Shown one piece after another: positions 50,885-60,803 of a DNA stretch of 64,000 nucleotides. Below the pieces are notes generated by a model. It was not told where the DNA came from and did no database searches. It was given only the letters and a program-made list of their open reading frames with translations. Both the position numbers and the translations under genes were made by a program. The stretch comes from a bacterium (GTDB lineage: Bacteria; SM23-31). Positions within the stretch are counted from its first letter, which is position 1; each line of letters opens with the position of its first letter. The stretch lies in NCBI GenBank assembly GCA_965249485.1, contig OZ252239.1, positions 2,624,001 to 2,688,000 on the forward strand, in the 5' to 3' direction.

Positions 50885-51106
50885 TTACAAATCAACATTA
50901 TCAATTTTCTGCATAATATCTTTTAATTTGCCAACTGTGACGTCCCGTTTCGTTTTGAGTAAATCATTTTCCTTTTCAATAAGTGCAATTCGTTTATGAA
51001 GGGCCTTTATTTCATTTTGATAAAAATGAATCTTGTTAATGAGATACGTAAGCTGATCTTCAGTGTTGCCAAGACGCTTAATTATTATGTCCAGAGAATG
51101 GTTCAT
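50885..51106 (-). CDS. Small coiled-coil protein (ZapB-like shape)
   Basis: Continuous heptad pattern. AGGGGG RBS. 44 nt downstream of the mamK-like gene. Confidence 0.7.
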   Translation of the reverse strand: MNHSLDIIIKRLGNTEDQLTYLINKIHFYQNEIKALHKRIALIEKENDLLKTKRDVTVGKLKDIMQKIDNVDL

Positions 51107-51150
51107 TTCAGTGTAGTATCCCCCTGTTGCAAAACTGATTCGCTACTTTA

Positions 51151-52227
51151 TCAGTCTTTCATTCTTTCCCATTCGTCAAGCGGCATGTCCTGTGCAAGTT
51201 TAAGTCCCCCTATAGCACCAGCATATTTCGGCTCATCCACATTATGTACTTTGATAGAGCCGATATCCGACAGTACTGCCTCAAGGATATTATCTAAACC
51301 TCGTATCTTGCTTCCACATCCGGCCAATACGATATTTCCCCTTAGTGATTCCTGATATTCCAGATCAAAATTCGTAATGAGGTCCCTTACATTTTTTACA
51401 ATATCAGGTATAATCGATTGACACGATTCATGCAGTTCTTTTGTAACATCATAATTTACAGCCTTACCGCTCACAAGAAAGTCTGCCGTAATATCCTGCA
51501 GTTTTTTACCAACAAAACCGTGCTTTTCTTTAATTTTCTTAAGCACGAACTCGGTAATGTAGGCATTAGGTATGCGTGCTTTCAGCAATTTGTAAAACAT
51601 CGTGTCTATATGATTACCTGCTTTGTAAATGGTTCGCTCATCTTCTTCTTCAGGAATTGATCCGTGCATTCTGCATATATCAAGCGTACCGGCACCAATA
51701 TCGATAATAATACCAAAACCATACATCCCCATACCGTAAAAAACTAGAAATGGTTCTGAGACTACCAGAATTGCATCGACAAGCCCGCTAAATGCTTTTA
51801 CGATTGCCTGCTTATCTTCTTGCGATACCTGAGCAGGTGCACCAACAATTGCGTATACTTTTTGCTTTTCTTTTTTGCCGATAAGTGAATTAAGATGTTC
51901 AACAAAACCAGCAATTGATTCTTTCTGTTTAGAATAATCTTTATGGTTTCTCTGTAGAGAAATGGTTCCCTTTTCTAATGGATAATATAAATTCAAGGAC
52001 ATTCGATTGTTGTAACATTCATCACCGAAAACAACTGGTTTTTTTAACAATCTGTATGATACGAGATCTTTGGGATAACCAACAACACTTGCAACATTAA
52101 TTAGTTTTCCGGTACTTGTTGCAATTGCACTCTGGGATGTGCCAAGATCAATACCAACGAATAAATTGTCTGATTCCTGCAATTGATCTGTCTGAATTTC
52201 GACAGTTTTTTGTTCTGAATTTTCCAT
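51151..52227 (-). CDS. mamK: MamK-family actin-like ATPase
   Basis: LFVGIDLGTS, SVVGYPKD, VVSEPF, IIDIGAGTLDICRMHG, KAGNHID, EYQ...NIVLAG and C-terminal LKLAQDMP...W, all as I recall them for MamK rather than MreB. AGGAG RBS. Confidence 0.88.
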   Translation of the reverse strand: MENSEQKTVEIQTDQLQESDNLFVGIDLGTSQSAIATSTGKLINVASVVGYPKDLVSYRLLKKPVVFGDECYNNRMSLNLYYPLEKGTISLQRNHKDYSKQKESIAGFVEHLNSLIGKKEKQKVYAIVGAPAQVSQEDKQAIVKAFSGLVDAILVVSEPFLVFYGMGMYGFGIIIDIGAGTLDICRMHGSIPEEEDERTIYKAGNHIDTMFYKLLKARIPNAYITEFVLKKIKEKHGFVGKKLQDITADFLVSGKAVNYDVTKELHESCQSIIPDIVKNVRDLITNFDLEYQESLRGNIVLAGCGSKIRGLDNILEAVLSDIGSIKVHNVDEPKYAGAIGGLKLAQDMPLDEWERMKD

Positions 52228-52262
52228 GTAAGTCTCCTGCTCTCATATTCATCGGACTATCG

Positions 52263-52337
52263 TACCCCTGGCAGGATTTGAACCTGCGACCAAAGATTTA
52301 GGAAACCTCTGCTCTATCCTGGCTGAGCTACAGGGGC
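52263..52337 (-). tRNA. tRNA-Arg(CCT)
   Basis: Minus strand GCCCCTGTAGCTCAG...TTCCTAA...GGTTCAAATCC...CAGGGGTA cloverleaf. Confidence 0.96.
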
Positions 52338-52616
52338 GATCGTGATAAACAGGTGTTTTGTTGGAGGATATCAAAAGGTGCGCATAAACAAAATTAGAAT
52401 ACATACATTATACAATATATTGAAAAATACTTTTTTTCCAAACACAATTTGTACTCATATAATTTTTGATATGATGAAGTATGATGGAAATCTTGATTTT
52501 AATTTTGACGTAAGCACTTAGAATGGAAAAAGAGAAGTATCCAATCGTTACAGATTATTAGAGAGGATATACTACAGATATGTCAACAGAATTTAAAGCG
52601 GATAACATTTACTCAA

Positions 52617-53294
52617 TTATCCATATTTTTCTTTAAACTCATCATATTTGTACAATATAAATTTACCCTGTTCTCTTTTTATTATTCCCTCTTCCTCGAA
52701 CATATGCATAACACGTGATATTGTTTCTCTGGATGTGCCTGCCATATTAGCCAAATCCCGCTGAGATGGTAAATTGTCTATATATACAATGACATTTTTT
52801 ATAGTGCCTCTATCTTCCGCGATTTGGAGTAGTGTAATAGCAACTCTTCCCGTCGCATCAAAAAGCGAAAGACTTTTTATTTGTGTATCTGATTTACGTA
52901 ATCTGAAGGCGAGTTCTTTCAAAAGCCCAATAGCAATAGTCGGCTTTTCTTCTATGAGTTTTAGAAAGTCTTCTCTCTCAAGTAAAAAAAGTTCAGCTTC
53001 TGTAAGAGTTATGACATTTGCTGAGCGTGCGAGTCCATCCAAAAGTGAGAGCTCCCCGAAAAAATCACCTTCGCCGAGTATCGCGAGAATAACCTCTTTT
53101 CCGGATTCACTCACGCGGGAAATTTTAACCTGTCCCTTATTAATAATAAAGAGTGTGCTGCCTTTGTCTGTTTCAAGAACTACGGCACAATCTTTTTGAT
53201 ATGTCTTTGTGCGAAGACACGAATCCAGTTTTTCAAGTTCCTGAGTCTCTAACTCTGCAAACAATGGTATTTGCTGAAGGATTGAGAGAGGCAT
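52617..53294 (-). CDS. Crp/Fnr family transcriptional regulator (CRP-like)
   Basis: FFGELSL...RSA cNMP pocket. HTH GTSRETISR. Confidence 0.93.
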   Translation of the reverse strand: MPLSILQQIPLFAELETQELEKLDSCLRTKTYQKDCAVVLETDKGSTLFIINKGQVKISRVSESGKEVILAILGEGDFFGELSLLDGLARSANVITLTEAELFLLEREDFLKLIEEKPTIAIGLLKELAFRLRKSDTQIKSLSLFDATGRVAITLLQIAEDRGTIKNVIVYIDNLPSQRDLANMAGTSRETISRVMHMFEEEGIIKREQGKFILYKYDEFKEKYG

Positions 53295-53327
53295 TCTACT
53301 TTTCCTGTCTTTTATTAAAACGTATTA

Positions 53328-54095
53328 TCAAATTGCTAAACGAGAATAAATTTTTTCTATTCCAATTAGCGTGAGATTTGGTTCAAAAGATTTAATAATC
53401 GACGTTTTTTCTATCATGAGATTCCCCAATCCACCTGTGGCAATCACCAAAGATTTTTGGCCAAGTTCAGATTCAATTCTGCTGACAATGCCCTCAATAG
53501 ACGAAAGGGCGCCAAACATAATTCCGGCTTGAATGCTTTGTTCCGTACTCTTTGCAATAATTGCTTCTGGGAACCTCAGTTCAACTAATGGCAATTTTGC
53601 TGCTGTTTTATGAAGATACTGGGCCGCTGTCTCGAGTCCCGGTGATATAATCCCTCCTAAATATTCTCTATTTCCGGAAACAACATCAAACGTAGTCGCA
53701 GTGCCAAAATCGATGATTATAAGAGGTCCACCGTATAACTCTAATCCGGCCACCGCATTGCAAAGTCTGTCTGCTCCTACAGATGTCGGATCATTATACC
53801 GATTTACTATACCAATGTCTAAATCATTCGTTATCTCAATTATCTTTATATCGGTAGCTTTTTTAAAATTTGAAGTAAATAATGGTGTGACCGAAGGCAC
53901 CACCGATGAAATTGCAATATTTTTTATCTCTTTTATATCTATATTTGCATTTGACAGCATGGATTGAAGTACAATATGCCATTCGTCTTCTGATCGGTAC
54001 GCATGACTATTAAGCCGCCACCGGTTGCATAATACGTGCTCTTCAAAAACACCAAGCACTACATTAGTATTACCAATATCTACAGCTAATAACAT
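53328..54095 (-). CDS. coaX: Type III pantothenate kinase
   Basis: VDIGNT, VGADR, DFGTATT and ATGG motifs. Start at MLLAVD. Confidence 0.95.
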   Translation of the reverse strand: MLLAVDIGNTNVVLGVFEEHVLCNRWRLNSHAYRSEDEWHIVLQSMLSNANIDIKEIKNIAISSVVPSVTPLFTSNFKKATDIKIIEITNDLDIGIVNRYNDPTSVGADRLCNAVAGLELYGGPLIIIDFGTATTFDVVSGNREYLGGIISPGLETAAQYLHKTAAKLPLVELRFPEAIIAKSTEQSIQAGIMFGALSSIEGIVSRIESELGQKSLVIATGGLGNLMIEKTSIIKSFEPNLTLIGIEKIYSRLAI

Positions 54096-54322
54096 CTCAT
54101 CTCTAAAAAGAATATTATGTTTGTAAATTAAATATACGAATCCATATTCATTAATCACAAGAGAATTATCCAAAGAATCACTCAATATGTTCAATCAATA
54201 GTTTTTCTTGATTTTCTTAGTTCTTTTGGTCATACTTAGCATTTAACATTGCAATATATTTGTTTTCAATGGTCACAATATTCAATTTACTCACATAAAT
54301 TCACAAATAAATTCAGAGCAAG

Positions 54323-56677
54323 ATGTTTAGAAAAATCCGCATAACCAATTGCCTTCTTACTGCTGCAGTGATTTTCATATTTATATTCATATCATGTGCA
54401 CGAGTTCATGTTAGAGACGTTTCGTATACTGCATTAGTAGAACCATTTGAAAATCTTGATACGTCACCGCTTGAAAGTAGAATTATCGTACTTGATGCTG
54501 GTCATGGTGGCGATGCTTTCGGAGCTGTTGGTTCCAAGGGACTTGAAGAAAAAAATATCAATCTTGCTGTTGCTCTTCGTCTGCAAAGTTATCTTGAAAT
54601 TGCTGGTGCACAGGTAGGAATGACCCGGGAAAATGATAGGGATTTGATTCTTTCAGACATTGATTCCTTACGGGGAAACGACCTTGATTATCGGGTACGC
54701 AAATCAAACGACTCCGAAGCCGATCTATTCATTTCGTTGCACCATAATTCTCGACTGCCTATAGATAGACGTTTTAATGCAATAGAAACGTATTACAAAA
54801 TGGAAGACTTTTATTCCTCGAAGGATGCGGCCAAATATATTCATAAACATCTCGTGACTAATCTGCAAATCCCGGAGAACCACCTCAGGCCGGGTAATTA
54901 TTATGTACTGCGTAACAACACAAGAACAGCGGTCTTAGGTGAGGCATCATATATATCGAATCCGAACCTTGAGAAAAAACTCATTAAACCCGAAAGTATA
55001 GATATTGAAGCAAAGAGTTATTTTTTAGGAATACTTGATTATTTTTCCAGAGGTGTTCCAAGCATATCGAGCCATATACCTGAGCAGAATCAAATTCTTC
55101 AAACTGCTTTGCCGGATATTGCAATAACAATTCTCGAAGACCGGTTTGGCGACGGAATTGATCCTCAAATGATCACATTAACCGTCGATGGAGAACCGGT
55201 ACCATATATTTACAACCCTCCATCAATTTCAGCTAAACCACAACAACCTTTAAAAAATGGACCGCATACACTGCTCGTTTCAGTAGCAAATCTGAAGGGA
55301 AATCATTCACTACTCTATAAATCTCAATTTGAAACTAACGCCCTGCCGTCAGTAATGTTCGCAACTCACTTTCCAGAGACCATTCCTCCGGATAAATCAA
55401 CTCTGATTCAAATTCAGGTCGATGTACTCGATACTCACTATAATACGGTTCGTGATAGCACAATCGTTGACTTAAAATTCGGAAATAATAACAATAATCA
55501 ACAAAGCACCTATACTCGCAATGGGAAAGCCTACTTTTATATCAAACAATCCGGAGAAGCTAATTTGCCGTTTTCTCTTATTGCCGGTGAAATAATTATC
55601 AATGATGAAATACACACCCGACCTCTCCAAAGTGCTCATCTTTGGATAAATGTACGCGAGAAATCAAAGCTTGACAAAAACAATCCTCTCATAAAGGCTA
55701 GTATTGAAATCGACGGTACTATCCAAAATTATTCCGATCAGGAAGGCACTGTTTTTTTGAATAATTATTCTAATGGGTCTTACACAATTAGTGGAAGGAA
55801 AAACGGATACTATCCCGAAGTTCAGACTCTGACAATTGATCAAAACAATATATATACCGTTAATTTCAACCTTGATCCCATGTACGACAGGGCACTTCTG
55901 GGAAAAAACATTCTAATTGATCCTGAATTTGGTGGACTTGTGCCAGGCTCATCAGGTCCAACTGGTCTGCAAGCTTCGGATGAAAATATGGAAACTGCCC
56001 GGTATCTTGTTGAATACTTGCAGAAGGCAGGTGCGAGAACAGAATTGACCATTCAACCGGGAGACGATCTTTCACCTTATTCACGGGTGCGGAGGGCAAA
56101 TGCAGCGGATAGTGATTTATTCATATCATTACGAAGGTCTTACAGTAAGTCCAACAACGTTACCGCTTTTGCTTATCCGACAAGTACGCAGGGAAAAATT
56201 CTAGGTTCACTCATATTAAACAACTTCAGGAGATATGCGAATCAACAGACGTATGGACCTGTTGAGGCCGCTGATTATGTATTACAACAGACGGGAAGCC
56301 CCGCAATCATTGTGGATCTTGGCGGAATTGCTGATCCTCTGATTGAAAACATACTCTACGGAACACATATTAACAGACAAGAAGCATATTTAATCTATGC
56401 TGCATTATTGGATTTTTATTCGGGAGACAGAGCCCAATGGGGAGAAATAAGCGGTACTGTAATGACGGACAATGGCCGTCCGGTTGCCAATGCTCTTATC
56501 AGCTTAGATGAAGAAATTGTTGTTCAAACAAATGAAATGGGTCATTTTCAATTTATCAATATCGAACCGCGTACACATGAATTGTCAATTTCAGCTTACG
56601 GGCTGCAAAAATATGTAGAAACGTTTGTCCTAAACACTCGAGAAAATATATTGAAAAATATCACACTTAAAAAGTAG
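54323..56677 (+). CDS. N-acetylmuramoyl-L-alanine amidase lipoprotein with two Amidase_3 domains and Ig/CarboxypepD-like domains
   Basis: Lipobox FISC. LDAGHGG..EKNIN..FISLHHN..LGE in the first domain. Second domain reads LIDPEFGG..FISLRR. Confidence 0.85.
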   Translation: MFRKIRITNCLLTAAVIFIFIFISCARVHVRDVSYTALVEPFENLDTSPLESRIIVLDAGHGGDAFGAVGSKGLEEKNINLAVALRLQSYLEIAGAQVGMTRENDRDLILSDIDSLRGNDLDYRVRKSNDSEADLFISLHHNSRLPIDRRFNAIETYYKMEDFYSSKDAAKYIHKHLVTNLQIPENHLRPGNYYVLRNNTRTAVLGEASYISNPNLEKKLIKPESIDIEAKSYFLGILDYFSRGVPSISSHIPEQNQILQTALPDIAITILEDRFGDGIDPQMITLTVDGEPVPYIYNPPSISAKPQQPLKNGPHTLLVSVANLKGNHSLLYKSQFETNALPSVMFATHFPETIPPDKSTLIQIQVDVLDTHYNTVRDSTIVDLKFGNNNNNQQSTYTRNGKAYFYIKQSGEANLPFSLIAGEIIINDEIHTRPLQSAHLWINVREKSKLDKNNPLIKASIEIDGTIQNYSDQEGTVFLNNYSNGSYTISGRKNGYYPEVQTLTIDQNNIYTVNFNLDPMYDRALLGKNILIDPEFGGLVPGSSGPTGLQASDENMETARYLVEYLQKAGARTELTIQPGDDLSPYSRVRRANAADSDLFISLRRSYSKSNNVTAFAYPTSTQGKILGSLILNNFRRYANQQTYGPVEAADYVLQQTGSPAIIVDLGGIADPLIENILYGTHINRQEAYLIYAALLDFYSGDRAQWGEISGTVMTDNGRPVANALISLDEEIVVQTNEMGHFQFINIEPRTHELSISAYGLQKYVETFVLNTRENILKNITLKK

Positions 56678-56706
56678 TCTTTATTCAATATTTATATTTA
56701 TTTTCT

Positions 56707-56744
56707 AAAAAAAGCGGTATGACTCCTGTTGAGACATACCGCTT
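56707..56744. terminator. Terminator between the convergent amidase and oxidoreductase genes
   Basis: AAAAAAAGCGGTATG-...-CATACCGCTT. Confidence 0.8.
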
Positions 56745-56766
56745 AATATTGAAAATATTTCAAATT

Positions 56767-57927
56767 TTAAATTCGCTGAAATGAGCTCATCAAATCTTGT
56801 ACTGCAGTTTTTCGGTTTGGATTTTTTATATCCCGTTTTGCAAGAGCACGAGGCCCGATTTTTTCAGCCCAAAGGAGTTCAAGAGGGAAAATTGTTGGAT
56901 CCTCAAAGTATACTCCCTTGTAACACTCCCGCTGCCCATCTTCAGGATTAACACTCATGTATCCTTCAAGTCCGAGAGCATATGCCTTTTTATTTTTTTC
57001 AATTCTCTCTTCATGTGACCTGACAACCGGATCATAATCGGGAGCTAAATCGCTCAAGTCTTTCATTCTTGTTTTGAAAAAATCAGCGGTGAAAATATTG
57101 TTGTATGTGGGGCACGGCTGTAACACATTGATAAAAGATGTGCCTTTATGTTTTACTCCTCTATTCAGAGTTTCTACCAGATGCTTCACCTGATTACTGT
57201 AACTCATGGCAACGAATGTATAATGGCCTGCTATCGCAGCAGCAATTGGATTAATACCTTCTTTAATAGCAGGTGCTGCCATTGATTTTGTCTGCATATC
57301 TCTCAGCATCGTCGGTGATTGCTGGCCCTTTGTCAGACCATAGACTTGATTATCGAAGACAATGATTGTCATATCGAGATTTTTTCTGCCTGCATGAAAA
57401 AAATGGTTTCCACCGATTCCGAGACCATCTCCATCACCAACAGTAACAACGACCTCTAAATCCCAATTTGCAAGTTTAACGCCTTGTGCAACAGAAATCG
57501 CTCGACCGTGCAGTGTGTGAAATGTATAGAGCTTGTCTAATTGGTTAGTGATTTTGCCAGAGCACCCTATTCCGGCAACTACCATGACACTACTCGAAAC
57601 CAAACCAGCCTCAATCTCTTTCTTTTCAATTCCGGTTTGAAAAGCAATATCCTCCGCTTCTCCTTCGTCTTCCGTTATAATATTGAGATCAGTTGTCACA
57701 CCGTTATCGTTAAAATGAGCGATTGTTTTTCTATATTCCGGATCACTACGTAATTCTATGATTGATTTGGTAATTGAAGTTCTAATTCCGTTATCTCCAC
57801 ATCCGGGACACCAGTCATTAGTACTGGAATTTACGAGATCGGAACTCTTCACTATATTCTTTGGTATGCTCTTGTCAGATGCTTGTACATTTACATCCTG
57901 AACTTCATTTTGTGTTGAAATCGTCAT
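56767..57927 (-). CDS. 2-oxoacid:ferredoxin oxidoreductase beta subunit
   Basis: WCPGCGD, GIGCSG, LHGRA, GDGD (TPP), YGLTKGQ.SPT and QPCPT motifs. Confidence 0.92.
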   Translation of the reverse strand: MTISTQNEVQDVNVQASDKSIPKNIVKSSDLVNSSTNDWCPGCGDNGIRTSITKSIIELRSDPEYRKTIAHFNDNGVTTDLNIITEDEGEAEDIAFQTGIEKKEIEAGLVSSSVMVVAGIGCSGKITNQLDKLYTFHTLHGRAISVAQGVKLANWDLEVVVTVGDGDGLGIGGNHFFHAGRKNLDMTIIVFDNQVYGLTKGQQSPTMLRDMQTKSMAAPAIKEGINPIAAAIAGHYTFVAMSYSNQVKHLVETLNRGVKHKGTSFINVLQPCPTYNNIFTADFFKTRMKDLSDLAPDYDPVVRSHEERIEKNKKAYALGLEGYMSVNPEDGQRECYKGVYFEDPTIFPLELLWAEKIGPRALAKRDIKNPNRKTAVQDLMSSFQRI

Positions 57928-59906
57928 ATGCGTTCTCCGAAAATTGTGTCGAGATTTTTGTCGGATTCAAGTTTTTTAATACAGCTATAAATTTCTTCAA
58001 CTGAAAACGGTCGTGCGTTTTCTTTTAATAATCTTTTGTCAATATTTAAACCAGTCATCGATCTGATATGCAGTTCCATCTGTCCACGTTTACCGAATGA
58101 GCCATTATCGAGTGCAACACTCAGTCTGTTTTCTTCAATATTAATAGATAGTTTAGCATTTTCGATATATTGGCGTACTATTTTTGAAGGAAACGGGCTT
58201 GCGTATTTAATTTGCAAGAATTGTACTTTATATCCATCTTCTCTTAATTTTCGCATTCCATCAAGAATCGGTCCTTTTGTGCTGCCCCAGCCTATCAAAC
58301 TGATATCAGCATTTTCGTCGCCAAAAATACTGACCCGCTTCTCTTCTGGTACTTTATTCGCCAATTCCTGCATTTTTTTAAAACGTTTATCATTGAATTT
58401 AATTCTATTATCTGCATCATCGGTAATTATACCATATTCTGTATGTTCATCAGAAGTGCTGTTATACTCACCACCGGGAATCCCTGGAAGCGACCGCGGA
58501 GATATACCGGTGTCGGTCAATACATATCGTTTGAATTCTCCGTTCACTTTGCCGTTTGTATTAAAATCTTTAAAAGTAAGAATTTCACCACGGTCTATGG
58601 GAACCTTATTGAGGTCAAACGGTTCAACTGTTTCAGTTGAGTTCATAATGTGCTTGTCAGTCAGATAAATCACCGGCATCTGGTATATATCGGCAGTATT
58701 GAATGCCTCTTGTATCATATAAAATGCATCTGTTACATCACCGGGGATCATAACAATTCTCTCAGCTCCACCGTGACTTGCATACAACGAAAGCATTAAA
58801 TCGGACTGGTCACCGCGCGTCGGCAAACCGGTACTTGGTCCCGGGCGCTGTGCTACCATTACAACAACAGGATCCTCTGTCATAACCGCCATACCGAATG
58901 CTTCTGATTTCAAGTCGAAACCCGGTCCGGCTGTCCCTGTCATCGCACGAACACCGGTCCTGCCAGCCCCTACTGCAGCGTTCATTGCAGCAATTTCATC
59001 TTCAGCTTGTTCAACAATAATTTTTGCTTTCGTTTTCCACTCATCGAGCAAATCGCCGGTATCGGATGCAGGTGTAATCGGGTAGTATGTGTAGAACTGC
59101 ATTCCCGCATTAATTGCCCCGAGAGCGACTGAATGTGTACCCTTTAAGAGTAATCTGTGCTCGCTCTTTTTAACTTTATCACTCCGGTCAACAATTTTCA
59201 TGTTAAATTTTTGTGAAAAGTTATCCTGAATATAATCAAATCCAATTTTTGCGGCTTCCTTATTTAAGGGGATTAACTTCGGCTTTTTCGCAAATGAAGT
59301 TTCAATAACTTTGTTGACCATTGATATGTCAGCCCCTAATACGGCGTAAGTTGCTCCCAGTATTGCTGTATTAGTCATCTTTGCAAGCACTGCCGGCTTA
59401 GTCTCTTTAGCATTTGAAAGCTTTTTAATGAGGGTAGAAGCAGGAATTCCGTAGGCAAGAATGTCTCCTTTAGTTATTTTATCGACAGCTTCGTTAACTG
59501 TTTCCTCATGATCAAAGTTTTTTTTGATGTTCTCGGAATTGTAAAGTACCGCTCCACCCGGCCGTACTTTATCGAGTACATGAGTCATTGCATCCCCACC
59601 AAGCAAGATTGCAATATCACTTAAATCGTGATGCGAATGGACAGGATTTTCCGATACAATAACACGCATGTAAGAATTTCTGCCCATAATGTTCGAATGG
59701 TATTCGATGTTTTGAAAAACGAACAGCCCCATACTTGCTGCAGCAGAACCATACATATCTCCAGCAGTATTAACACCTTTTCCCTGCTCCGCACTGATCA
59801 TCAAGCTTATTTCATTGACAATCATATCATCACTCGACTTACTATTACTTTCGAGTGGAGCATCTACCTCAGAAGACACATCAATTGAATTAGTGTGTGT
59901 GGTCAC
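57924..59906 (-). CDS. 2-oxoacid:ferredoxin oxidoreductase alpha subunit (gamma-alpha fusion)
   Basis: YYPITPAS, QAEDEIAA, QRPGPSTGLPT and GWGSTKG motifs. Confidence 0.92.
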   Translation of the reverse strand: MTTHTNSIDVSSEVDAPLESNSKSSDDMIVNEISLMISAEQGKGVNTAGDMYGSAAASMGLFVFQNIEYHSNIMGRNSYMRVIVSENPVHSHHDLSDIAILLGGDAMTHVLDKVRPGGAVLYNSENIKKNFDHEETVNEAVDKITKGDILAYGIPASTLIKKLSNAKETKPAVLAKMTNTAILGATYAVLGADISMVNKVIETSFAKKPKLIPLNKEAAKIGFDYIQDNFSQKFNMKIVDRSDKVKKSEHRLLLKGTHSVALGAINAGMQFYTYYPITPASDTGDLLDEWKTKAKIIVEQAEDEIAAMNAAVGAGRTGVRAMTGTAGPGFDLKSEAFGMAVMTEDPVVVMVAQRPGPSTGLPTRGDQSDLMLSLYASHGGAERIVMIPGDVTDAFYMIQEAFNTADIYQMPVIYLTDKHIMNSTETVEPFDLNKVPIDRGEILTFKDFNTNGKVNGEFKRYVLTDTGISPRSLPGIPGGEYNSTSDEHTEYGIITDDADNRIKFNDKRFKKMQELANKVPEEKRVSIFGDENADISLIGWGSTKGPILDGMRKLREDGYKVQFLQIKYASPFPSKIVRQYIENAKLSINIEENRLSVALDNGSFGKRGQMELHIRSMTGLNIDKRLLKENARPFSVEEIYSCIKKLESDKNLDTIFGERI

Positions 59907-60279
59907 CGATAAACTCCTTGATTTATGATACTGATTATTTGTGAAAAAGTACTATAAAAACAATAAATAATATGGATTACTATATCACAAAACGCACAAT
60001 ATACAAATTAAAATCCCTAAATGCATTAAAAAATGCATTATGATACAATTTGAAATACGGCTTTTTTTTCTTATGCGATTACATTTGAATTTTGATCAAA
60101 TAAATTTGTATATTTTCATTGAATTAAGAGCAAACAGTCCCTCATTTTATATCGTCGGTTATTTAGAATTTATAAACTAAATATTACCTGAGTCAAATGA
60201 TTCGCGAAAAATAATTCCTGAGATTTAGTTTATTTAAAGGATTCGGTACAAAAAATGAGGAATTTACCCATTTCTTATT

Positions 60280-60696
60280 ATGTCTGGTAATTTTATGAGC
60301 AAACTTATCTCCAATATTAAAAACTCCTTCCGGAATATCTGGGTTTTTAGGAATATTCTCATTACTTGGATAGCGCTTGTTATTTTGCTGCTTGTTGGTC
60401 TTCATTTCAAGCTCGATACACATTTGATGGTAATTGGATTATCTATAATTGCACTTTTAACAAAGGCTTTTACCGGATTAATGATGCTTGTAAGTATCAT
60501 CCCCTTCATTGGTCCTTTGCTGGTTAAAATTTTATCTCTTCCTTTCTTCTGGCTTCTCAATGCACTCGGATACTTTGCCAGCCTTTTTGCAATAAAAAAG
60601 GGTTATGGCAAAAGTGTAATATCGTACAGAATCTTAACGATAGTATTTTTGACTGGCGTATCACTTGGATATGTTTTGGGAAGAGTTATTCATTGA
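60280..60696 (+). CDS. Hypothetical membrane protein
   Basis: About 4 hydrophobic segments, IPFIGPL motif. Confidence 0.65.
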   Translation: MSGNFMSKLISNIKNSFRNIWVFRNILITWIALVILLLVGLHFKLDTHLMVIGLSIIALLTKAFTGLMMLVSIIPFIGPLLVKILSLPFFWLLNALGYFASLFAIKKGYGKSVISYRILTIVFLTGVSLGYVLGRVIH

Positions 60697-60803
60697 TGTG
60701 GATTGTTGAATAGTAAAAATCAATTGAAGATTAAACGAAAAATTAGTATACTAGTTCCTTCCTAATTCAACCGTTAACCCATAATTATTGCAATTATTAT
60801 CAT

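Noticed and set aside
48060..52227. Complete magnetosome island
   Set aside because: No mamA/B/M/E/O/P/Q/I-like ORF is recognisable, and the flanks are a flippase and crp/coaX. MamK alone does not prove magnetotaxis.
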